A stretch of DNA of 32,000 nucleotides from Acuticoccus sp. I52.16.1 (lineage in GTDB: Bacteria; Pseudomonadota; Alphaproteobacteria; Rhizobiales; Amorphaceae). The stretch is taken from assembly GCF_022865125.1 (NCBI RefSeq), contig NZ_CP094828.1, positions 2,379,219 through 2,411,218 of the forward strand, given 5' to 3'. Positions within the stretch are counted from its first letter, which is position 1, and each line of letters starts with the position of its first letter. The notes under the pieces are model-generated. The model ran no database searches. It saw nothing but the letters and a program-made list of their open reading frames with translations, and had not been told where the DNA came from. Position numbers and translations under genes: made by a program. Shown one piece after another: positions 25,405 to 32,000 of the stretch.

Positions 25405-25561
25405 GCGGGCTGGAATCGCATGCGTGCCGGTGCCGGCTTACCAGCAGGATTTCTTGGATCGCGCTGCAGGTGAGGTCGAGCGCCTGGATGAGGGCTCGAC
25501 AGTCGTCCAAATGCTTGGGGACTACGCATTGATGCGGGCGCAGGCGGATGCTTGCCGCTGA
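25316..25561 (+). CDS. o-spanin-like lipoprotein, overlapping the 3' end of the i-spanin-like gene in another frame.
   Basis: GGGAGG lies 6 nt upstream of the ATG at 25316. The signal peptide MRVSGCSMRRAIVLAGVIISLGAC has a lipobox (L-G-A-C). The mature part is about 57 aa. It is the internal part of tracked ORF 25241..25561. Confidence 0.55.
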   Translation: MRVSGCSMRRAIVLAGVIISLGACVTANSKRAGIACVPVPAYQQDFLDRAAGEVERLDEGSTVVQMLGDYALMRAQADACR

Positions 25562-25630
25562 TCTGGCACGGCTTAAAGGAATTGGCGCGGCCTTCCCAGC
25601 CGGCGGCATTGCTCGGCCTCCTTCAAGTCG

Positions 25631-25646
25631 AACCTATGTATAGGTT
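25631..25646. repeat. Perfect 7-bp inverted repeat around a 2-bp centre, AACCTAT-GT-ATAGGTT; candidate recombination (att) core or operator.
   Basis: Read directly. It is AT-rich against a GC-rich background. It lies 70 bp after the last phage gene and 168 bp before the first host gene. Confidence 0.3.
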
Positions 25647-25813
25647 GGATGGTCACGATGTTGATGCGCCTTGTGGCTTGGGGGCGCGGCCTCGACGTCC
25701 TGCGGGTCGCCCGTGGCGGCGGATGGACCGATGACGATGTGGGCATTTGCCGACTCCGATCAGATAACTGAGATGCGTGTCGACTGCGAAGCCAAAAAGG
25801 GGATAGGCGGCCG

Positions 25814-27841
25814 GTGTTGAAGCAGGCGGATCCGGTGCCACGAGCTGAAGGGCCGACGGCAGTGTCGCGCGGCCGCTTCGCGCGTTTCATCTCGGCGGGC
25901 GCCGCTTTCGCGCTCGCCGCAGCGGTGTTCGCGTTCGACACCTTCAGTGGGTATGAGAGCGCGATCGCAGTCCTCTACGCGCTGGTCCTCGTTCTTGGCG
26001 CTGTTGCCGGCGGCCGGCTGTTCGTTCTGGCGGCGGCGATCGTCTGCGGCAGCCTCGCCATCGTGTCGTTTCTCGCCACGCACGTCGGCGCGATCGATGC
26101 CGGCAACACCGGTCGTCTCCTCGTCGCACTGGTCGCGATCGCGTTGACGGCAGCGCTGCTTCTCAGCCGGCTCAGCCTGCACCAGACGCGCTCGGCGCTC
26201 GCTGATAGCGAGCAGAACCTCAGGATCATGGCCGACACCGTGCCGCAGATCCTGTGGCAGGCGTTGCCCGACGGGCGCATCGTCTATCTGAGCCGGCGAT
26301 GGACGCAGATGACCGGGGCGCCGATCGCCGACGGTCTGGCGGCCGACGGTCTCGCCTTCCTCGACTGGTTCCACCCCGAGGAGCGGTCGACCGGTGTCGA
26401 ACAATGGACGGAGCTCATTCGCGAAGGCGAGCCGTTCGAGTTCTACCGCCGGCTCCGGGTCGCCGACGGGAGCTACCGCTGGCTGCAACTGAGCGCCTCG
26501 CCCCTGCGCGCCGAGACGGGCGAGATCGTGAAGTGGGCCGGCGTCGCGACAGACATCGACGAGGAGATGCGGGCGCAACTCGCAGTCCGCGCGACGAACC
26601 AGACGCTCGAGGCCCGTGTCGCAGAGCGCACCGCCGAGCTCGCCCGCAGCGAGCGGCGCTACCGCTCCGCGTTCGAGCAGTCCCACGTCGCGATGCTCGA
26701 GCTCGACATCACTGGGGTCGCCGAGGCGCTGGCCGATGCGAGGGTGGCCGGCAACGGGGACGGGACGGGCTATCTCATGACACATCCGGAGGAGTTCGAC
26801 CGCTGTGTCGGTGCGCTTCGGATGCTCGACGCGAACCGCGCAGCGGTCCAGCTCTTCGGCGCAAAGGACCGCCAAGCACTGCTGGCGCGCGAGGGCCGGC
26901 TTATGCGCAGCCGTACCCCTGAGGACATCGACCGCTACTATGCGCTCGTGGAGCGGCGGGAGACGATAGAGGCCGAGGCGGAGCTGCCGGTCATGGACGG
27001 CCGCGTCGTCAAGGTGCTCTTCGGCGTCTCGCAGATCGCGGCGCCGGACGGGCGCTGCCACGTCCTCGTCGGCATGGTCGACGTCACCGCGCGGGACCGG
27101 GCGCAGGAGCTTCTTCTCGCCGCGCAGGAGGAGCTTGCGCGTGCGAACCGCGCGGCGACGCTGGGCGCCCTGTCCGCCTCAATCGCGCACGAGCTGAACC
27201 AGCCGATCGGCGCGGTCATGATGGACGCGCAGACCGCGGCGCGCTGGCTCGAGCGGGACCCGCCCGATCTCGGCTCGGCCAAGCGTGCGCTGGCGAGGGT
27301 GGCCGGCAACGCCGAGCGGGCGAGCGGCATCCTGCGCCGCACCCGCGAACAGCTCGTGAAGGGGCGCCGCGCCGTGGCCCCGCTCGATCTCGGCGAGGTC
27401 GTCCGTTCCGCCGTGGCCCTCGTGGACCGGGAGCTGAAGGGGGGGCGCACACGGGCCGAGGTGCGGGTCGCGCCCGGCCTTCCGTCGGTGGAGGCGGACC
27501 GGATTGAGCTGCAACAGGTCATCCTCAACCTCGTGGTCAATGCCGTTCAGGCGATGCGTGACACGCCCGTCGGGGAGCGCGTCGTCACCGTCGATGTCGC
27601 GGGCGGCGAGAGAGGCGTCACCGTCGAGATCCAGGACCGGGGTTCGGGAATCGACCCGGAGCATATCGGCCGGCTGTTCGACGCGTTCTTCACCACCAAG
27701 CCGGGAGGGATGGGCATGGGCCTCCAGATCTGCCGCGCGACGATCGAGTCGTTCGGCGGTACGCTCGAGGTGCGCAACAACGAGACGGCGGGGGCGACCT
27801 TCAGCTTCACCCTGCCGGCGCATGAGGGTGACGCGCGATGA
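25814..27841 (+). CDS. Membrane-associated PAS-domain sensor histidine kinase (FixL-like transmitter).
   Basis: N-terminal hydrophobic helices, and PAS-like segments (MADTVPQILWQALPDGRIVYLSRRW..; YRSAFEQSHVAMLELD..). The H-box is LSASIAHELNQPIG, and the N/G boxes are NLVVNAVQAM, DRGSGI and FTTKPGGMGMGL. The GTG start at 25814 is uncertain. Confidence 0.85.
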   Translation: MLKQADPVPRAEGPTAVSRGRFARFISAGAAFALAAAVFAFDTFSGYESAIAVLYALVLVLGAVAGGRLFVLAAAIVCGSLAIVSFLATHVGAIDAGNTGRLLVALVAIALTAALLLSRLSLHQTRSALADSEQNLRIMADTVPQILWQALPDGRIVYLSRRWTQMTGAPIADGLAADGLAFLDWFHPEERSTGVEQWTELIREGEPFEFYRRLRVADGSYRWLQLSASPLRAETGEIVKWAGVATDIDEEMRAQLAVRATNQTLEARVAERTAELARSERRYRSAFEQSHVAMLELDITGVAEALADARVAGNGDGTGYLMTHPEEFDRCVGALRMLDANRAAVQLFGAKDRQALLAREGRLMRSRTPEDIDRYYALVERRETIEAEAELPVMDGRVVKVLFGVSQIAAPDGRCHVLVGMVDVTARDRAQELLLAAQEELARANRAATLGALSASIAHELNQPIGAVMMDAQTAARWLERDPPDLGSAKRALARVAGNAERASGILRRTREQLVKGRRAVAPLDLGEVVRSAVALVDRELKGGRTRAEVRVAPGLPSVEADRIELQQVILNLVVNAVQAMRDTPVGERVVTVDVAGGERGVTVEIQDRGSGIDPEHIGRLFDAFFTTKPGGMGMGLQICRATIESFGGTLEVRNNETAGATFSFTLPAHEGDAR

Positions 27842-28470
27842 CCGGGGCCGCGCCGCTGGTCGTCGTGGTGGACGACGATCCGGGGATGCGCGAGGCCATC
27901 GCCGACCTCGTGCGTTCCATCGGCATGGAGGTGGCGACTCATTCGAGCGTCGACGCGCTCTTCGAGGCCGGTCTCGATGGCGCCAACTGCCTTGTGCTCG
28001 ACGTGCGGCTCCCCGGCCAGAGCGGCCTTGAGCTTCAGGACCGGCTGCATCGCATGGGAATCGTCGTGCCGATCGTCTTTGTGACCGGCTTCGGCGATAT
28101 CCCCATGGGCGTCAGGGCGATGAAGGGCGGTGCGGTGGATTTCCTCACCAAGCCGTTCCGCAACCAGGAATTCATCGACGCCGTGAACGAAGCGCTCCGC
28201 AAGGATGCTGAGATGCGCCTCAGCCATGGCGCGAGCGACGAAGTGCTGCGTCTCGCCGCCTCGCTCACGCCGCGCGAGCGGGAGGTGATGGACTGCGTAT
28301 GGCGTGGGCTGATGAACAAGCAGATCGCCTATGAGCTGGGGATCGCCGAAATTACGGTGAAGATCCACCGCCGCAACGTCATGCAGAAAATGGGGGTCTC
28401 GTCCGTGGCCGAGCTCGTGCGCAAGGTCGAGGTGGTGAAGGCGAAGGACGGGGTCGCCTCTGGGTCTTAG
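27838..28470 (+). CDS. Response regulator, FixJ/NarL type (REC plus LuxR-type HTH).
   Basis: VVVVDDDPGMRE.., LVLDVRLPGQSG, DFLTKPF, and then LTPREREVMDCVWRGLMNKQIAYELGIAEITVKIHRRNVMQKM. The ATGA overlaps the kinase stop. Confidence 0.9.
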   Translation: MTGAAPLVVVVDDDPGMREAIADLVRSIGMEVATHSSVDALFEAGLDGANCLVLDVRLPGQSGLELQDRLHRMGIVVPIVFVTGFGDIPMGVRAMKGGAVDFLTKPFRNQEFIDAVNEALRKDAEMRLSHGASDEVLRLAASLTPREREVMDCVWRGLMNKQIAYELGIAEITVKIHRRNVMQKMGVSSVAELVRKVEVVKAKDGVASGS

Positions 28471-28550
28471 CCTATACGGACATATCAATGGTTTTCGGAT
28501 GGGCGGCCTGCCACATCCCACGTCTCTCCACGATCGAAAGCTTTGAACTG

Positions 28551-28922
28551 GTGTCAGTACCCCCTCTCGTTGCAATCGTAGACGACGATCCTTCCATGCG
28601 TGAAGCGCTCGAGGATCTCGTCGGGTCGCTCGGCTATCGCGCCCTCACGTTCGGGTCGGCCGACGACTACCTCGCCTCGCCGGAGCGCGAGGGCGTGCGA
28701 TGCATGATCCTCGACGTCCAGATGCCGGGGATGAACGGCCTCGACCTTCAGTCTCACCTGGTGGAGACGAATGGTGCGCCGCCGATCGTCTTCGTGACCT
28801 CCTACGGCGACGATACGGTGCGCCGACGCGCCACGCGCAACGGCGCGGTCGCCGTCCTTGAAAAGCCGGTGCAGGAGAGCGCGATCATCGGCGCGCTGGA
28901 CACCGCGCTCGGCAAGCGCTGA
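28551..28922 (+). CDS. Single-domain response regulator (receiver only).
   Basis: LVAIVDDDPSMREALEDLV.., MILDVQMPGMNG, VLEKPV. The ORF is open from the ATG at 28488. The GTG at 28551 gives the usual receiver length, so the start is uncertain. Confidence 0.78.
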   Translation: MSVPPLVAIVDDDPSMREALEDLVGSLGYRALTFGSADDYLASPEREGVRCMILDVQMPGMNGLDLQSHLVETNGAPPIVFVTSYGDDTVRRRATRNGAVAVLEKPVQESAIIGALDTALGKR

Positions 28923-28943
28923 GCGCGGCGCGACGCGCAAAAC

Positions 28944-28975
28944 GGCGCCGGTCGGATGACCGGCGCCTTTTTGTT
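28944..28975. terminator. Bidirectional intrinsic terminator between convergent genes.
   Basis: GGCGCCGGTC (28944-28953), loop GGAT, GACCGGCGCC (28958-28967), then TTTTTGTT. It is preceded by CAAAAC, so the minus strand also reads hairpin plus U-tract. Confidence 0.65.
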
Positions 28976-29021
28976 CGGCACGCACGGATTACTGCGAGAT
29001 GGCGTGGCCCTGCCGCCGCCT

Positions 29022-29990
29022 TCAGCCGTGAAGGAACGCGAGGAGGTCCTGGTTCACTCGGTTCTTCTCGGTCGTGCACATGCCGTGCGCGGCACCTTCG
29101 TAGATCTTGATGGTGGAGCCGGCGATCAGCTCGTGCTGCATCTTGCTCGCGTCCTGGTAGGGCACGATCTGGTCGTCGTCGCCCTGGAGGATCAGCGTCG
29201 GCACGTCGATGGCCTTGAGGTCCGCGGTCTGGTCGGTCTCCGAGAACGCCTTCACGCAGAAGTAGGCGGCCGGCAGGCCCGCCTGCATCCCCTGCCGCCA
29301 GAAGGCTTCGCGCACCCCTTCCGAGACGGCCGCGCCGGGACGGTTGTAGCCGTAGAACGGCATCGTCAGGTCCTTGAAGAACTGCGACCGGTCGGCGAGC
29401 ACCCCGGCGCGGATCTGGTCGAACACGGCCATAGGCGTGCCGCCCGGATTGGCCTCGGTCTTCACCATGATCGGCGGGACAGCGGCGATCAGCACGAGCC
29501 CCGCCACGCGGCCTTTGCCGTGTTTCGCCACGTAGCGCGCCGCCTCGCCGCCGCCAGTGGAATGGCCGACGTGGACTGCATCGCGGATGTCGAGGTGGGT
29601 CATCAGCTCGGCGAGGTCGGACGCGTAGGTGTCCATGTCGTTGCCGGTCCAGGGCTGGCTGGAGCGCCCATGGCCGCGACGGTCATGCGCGATCGCGCGG
29701 AAGCCGTTCTGCGCCAGGAAGAACATCTGGTCCTCGAACGCATCGGCCGACAGCGGCCAGCCGTGGCTGAAGACGACTGGCTGCCCGGTGCCCCAGTCGT
29801 TGTAGAAGATCTCGGTGCCGTCCTTGGTGGTGAAGGTGGACATGGTGCGTCTTTCGTCGCTGAGAGGATTGGGAAGGAGCGCCCCGCCGGCCGCGCCGGC
29901 CGGTGCAGACAGCGCCAGGACGGCAGCGCCCGCGCCGGCGGCCTTGAGGGTGTCGCGGCGGGTCAGGAGCAATGCATCGCGGAAGGGCAT
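29022..29990 (-). CDS. Alpha/beta hydrolase of the non-heme haloperoxidase/arylesterase type, with an N-terminal twin-arginine signal.
   Basis: Core [60 protein letters not shown]. The ATG at 29990 has a GGAG 6 nt upstream and gives [33 protein letters not shown]. The tracked ORF extends to 30092. Confidence 0.82.
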   Translation of the reverse strand: MPFRDALLLTRRDTLKAAGAGAAVLALSAPAGAAGGALLPNPLSDERRTMSTFTTKDGTEIFYNDWGTGQPVVFSHGWPLSADAFEDQMFFLAQNGFRAIAHDRRGHGRSSQPWTGNDMDTYASDLAELMTHLDIRDAVHVGHSTGGGEAARYVAKHGKGRVAGLVLIAAVPPIMVKTEANPGGTPMAVFDQIRAGVLADRSQFFKDLTMPFYGYNRPGAAVSEGVREAFWRQGMQAGLPAAYFCVKAFSETDQTADLKAIDVPTLILQGDDDQIVPYQDASKMQHELIAGSTIKIYEGAAHGMCTTEKNRVNQDLLAFLHG

Positions 29991-30114
29991 CGGAGACTCC
30001 GTGCTAGGTCGATCTTGCGGGTAGCGGCTGCGAGCCGAGCGCGAACGCTGCCCGCTTTCGCCCTTGGCCTCAGCAAACTTGGCAGGCCTCACGCGTATTC
30101 TCGATTATTTCAAA

Positions 30115-30132
30115 GTATAGACCAATCTATAC
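30115..30132. promoter_or_regulatory. Palindrome GTATAGA-CCAA-TCTATAC in a divergent promoter region.
   Basis: Read directly: 7-bp arms with a 4-bp spacer, in the AT-richer gap between the hydrolase and MATE genes. Confidence 0.3.
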
Positions 30133-30346
30133 CTTGCAGCCCGCGGTCGTTGGGGGCCGGACTTTTTGCCGACAATTCGGGACAAACGCGCCTGGTCCAG
30201 TCGTGAAACTGCACCAGCGGATCTAATTCGGTCTCGCGGTCATGCTGGCCGTGGAGAAATTGTCGAATGTCCATGCATGCTCCATCGGCCTGCGGAGATC
30301 GCGGGTGCCAGCCCGCGGGAGGCTCCGTGCCGTCGGAAGTTCTTTC

Positions 30347-31729
30347 GTGAACGGGCCGCTGGTGCCGAAGCCAACGCCCGCTCCTGGTCAGAGCGTGCGG
30401 ACACGCGCGCTGCTCGAAGCACCGATTGTGCCTTTGGTCCTCGGCCTAGGTGCGGCCAACGCGGTGCTGCAACTCGTTCAGGCCGCGGTCGGAATCCTCG
30501 AGATCGTCTTCCTCGCCCGCCTCGGGCTTGGCGCCCTCGCGGGGGCCTCGCTGGTCTTTCCGTTTCTAGCGCTGACCGTTGCGGTGTCCCAGGGGGCGAT
30601 CGGCGGCGGCATCGCGGTCGCGCTCGCCCGCGCGCTCGGGCGGGGGCGGCTCAGAGATGCCGGGCTCATCGGGTGGTGCGCCGTCCTCGTGGCGATCGGC
30701 TTCGGCATCCTCACGACGGCGGTGATGCTGACCTTCGGACCTCGGATCTACGCGGTGATGGGTGGCGAGGGCGACGGCCTCGCGATGGCGGTCCGCTACT
30801 CGTCGGTGCTGTTCGCGGGCGCGCCGGTGATCTGGGTCTTCAACGCTCTGCTCGCGCTTGTCCGGGGACAAGGCAGCATCCGACTCGCCACGACGGTGGT
30901 CTGCTGCGGTGCAGTCCTTATGGTGCCGCTGTCGCCGCTCATCATCTTCGGAGCGGGTCCGATTCCCGGCTTCGGCATCGCGGGCGGGGCGATCGCGCTC
31001 CTAGTCTACTATGTTTCTGGAGCCATCGTCTTCGCGGGCGTGATCTTCGGCGGGCGAAGCCTCGTTCGCCCGCCGTGGCCGCCGCGCCTATCCCTGCCGC
31101 TTGTTGCGGAAATCCTGCGCGTCGGGCTCATGTCGGCGCTCGTCGCAGCCTCCACTAACCTGACGATCGCGATTGTCACCAATTTGGTAGGCACGGCGGG
31201 TGTTGAGGCGCTGGCGGGCTACGGTGCCAGCGCACGCCTCGAGATTCTGCTCGTGCCCTTGTCGGCGGGCATCGGGATTCCGGCCGGCGTCATTGTCGGC
31301 ACGAATCTCGGTGCCGGACAAATCGCACGCGCGAAGGTCGCCGCCTGGGTGGCCACCACTGCGGGATTCGTGGTGGCCGAGGTCGTCGGTCTCGCCGCCG
31401 CGCTGCTGCCCGGCGTCTGGCTCGGCCTCTTCACGGAGGATCCCGAGGCCCTCGCCGTCGGCACGGAGTACCTGACCACCGTCGGTCCGTTCTATGGATT
31501 CTTCGGCGCGGCCTTCGTCCTCTACTGCGCGGCGCAGGGAACCGGGCGCATGATGCTCCCGGTCGCCGGTGCCTTTGCGCGCACCACCGTCGCAGCGACG
31601 GGCGGCGCACTCGCGGTCCAGCTGGGCGGGACGTTCCTCGCCGTCGGGATCGGCATGGTCGTCTTCGCCGCGTTCGGCCTCACCGGCCTCGTCCTTTCGG
31701 TCGGCTATGCCGCTTCCGCCAAGCGGTAG
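30347..31729 (+). CDS. MATE-family efflux transporter.
   Basis: About 12 hydrophobic segments with a MATE-like pattern (..GLGALAGASLVFP.. , ..GVEALAGYGASARLE.. repeated halves). The ORF is open from the ATG at 30242. The GTG at 30347 (GGAAG 7 nt upstream) gives the usual length of about 460 aa. Confidence 0.78.
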   Translation: MNGPLVPKPTPAPGQSVRTRALLEAPIVPLVLGLGAANAVLQLVQAAVGILEIVFLARLGLGALAGASLVFPFLALTVAVSQGAIGGGIAVALARALGRGRLRDAGLIGWCAVLVAIGFGILTTAVMLTFGPRIYAVMGGEGDGLAMAVRYSSVLFAGAPVIWVFNALLALVRGQGSIRLATTVVCCGAVLMVPLSPLIIFGAGPIPGFGIAGGAIALLVYYVSGAIVFAGVIFGGRSLVRPPWPPRLSLPLVAEILRVGLMSALVAASTNLTIAIVTNLVGTAGVEALAGYGASARLEILLVPLSAGIGIPAGVIVGTNLGAGQIARAKVAAWVATTAGFVVAEVVGLAAALLPGVWLGLFTEDPEALAVGTEYLTTVGPFYGFFGAAFVLYCAAQGTGRMMLPVAGAFARTTVAATGGALAVQLGGTFLAVGIGMVVFAAFGLTGLVLSVGYAASAKR

Positions 31730-32000
31730 CGAGATGCCGGATGGTCGTGGGACAGGTTCGGCCCCAGCGCCGCTCGGGCGGCGAGAAAGGCGTCCCAGTC
31801 GGCAAGGTTGGGCAGCGAAGGGATGGTCACCGTCTCGCCCGCGTCGAAGCCGGCGAGTGCGGCCTCGACGAGGAGGCCGGGATCCATCTTCATCGCGTCG
31901 GGGACGGCCGAGACGTCGGCCTTGGCGCGGTCGAACAGCTCGGTCTTCGTGAACCCGGGCAAGACGGCTTGCAGGCGCACTCCGGTCCCGGCCACCTCGG
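31705..32000 (-). CDS. Short-chain dehydrogenase/reductase (SDR); C-terminal part only, as the gene runs off the right edge.
   Basis: ..GTGVRLQAVLPGFTKTELFDRA...VEAALAGFDAGETVTIPSLP.. is a typical SDR C-terminal region. The 3' end overlaps the MATE gene end convergently by 25 nt. Confidence 0.6.
   Translation of the reverse strand, partial: EVAGTGVRLQAVLPGFTKTELFDRAKADVSAVPDAMKMDPGLLVEAALAGFDAGETVTIPSLPNLADWDAFLAARAALGPNLSHDHPASRYRLAEAA

Larger units (their letters stand above)
1..25646. mobile_element. Prophage, right-hand ~25.6 kb: lambda-type head/packaging module, RcGTA-type tail module, recombinase module and lysis module. The left end is outside the window and the right end is approximate.
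   Basis: An unbroken series of recognisable phage morphogenesis, recombinase and lysis genes, mostly linked by overlapping stop/start codons. The last phage-like gene ends at 25561 and ordinary cellular genes follow from 25814. Confidence 0.8.

Noticed and set aside
1-25646. Calling the element a bona fide gene transfer agent.
   Set aside because: Only the tail module is RcGTA-like. A small terminase, a lambda-type head with decoration protein, a recombinase and an adjacent lysis cassette point to a prophage, which may be decaying.
1-32000. CRISPR arrays, tRNA/rRNA genes and IS elements with terminal inverted repeats.
   Set aside because: I found no spaced direct repeats, no cloverleaf-like or rRNA-like segments and no transposase-like ORFs when reading both strands. 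Absence is judged by eye only.

Overview
High-GC window; the gene content looks alphaproteobacterial, which is an inference. Positions 1 to about 25.6 kb are the right-hand part of a prophage whose left end lies outside the window. It has lambda-type packaging and head genes: small terminase, GpA-type large terminase, gpW, lambda-family portal, ClpP-like protease/scaffold, gpD-like decoration protein and gpE-like capsid. These are joined to an RcGTA-type tail: tube, chaperone with a -1 slippery site, tape measure, DUF2460/g12-like, DUF2163/g13-like, NlpC/P60 g14-like, giant g15-like protein and a DUF2793 fibre with a C1q-like tip. Four cargo items are embedded in the late operons: an antisense GlsB/YeaQ/YmgE-like membrane protein, a ParDE toxin-antitoxin pair with a palindromic operator, a DnaA-domain-IV-like HTH protein coupled inside the tail operon, and an inverted recombinase operon. 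That operon is translationally coupled and encodes an atypical large serine recombinase plus two ParB/RepB-like paralogues. It separates a holin-like gene from an endolysin/spanin cassette that is preceded by an intrinsic terminator. From about 25.8 kb the genes look chromosomal: PAS histidine kinase, FixJ-type regulator, single-domain receiver, Tat-signal alpha/beta hydrolase, MATE transporter and an SDR fragment. I saw no rRNA, tRNA or CRISPR array. The best candidate for an undescribed system is the recombinase-ParB-ParB operon, followed by the DnaA-like tail-operon protein. All family assignments come from reading motifs by eye and need profile searches to confirm.
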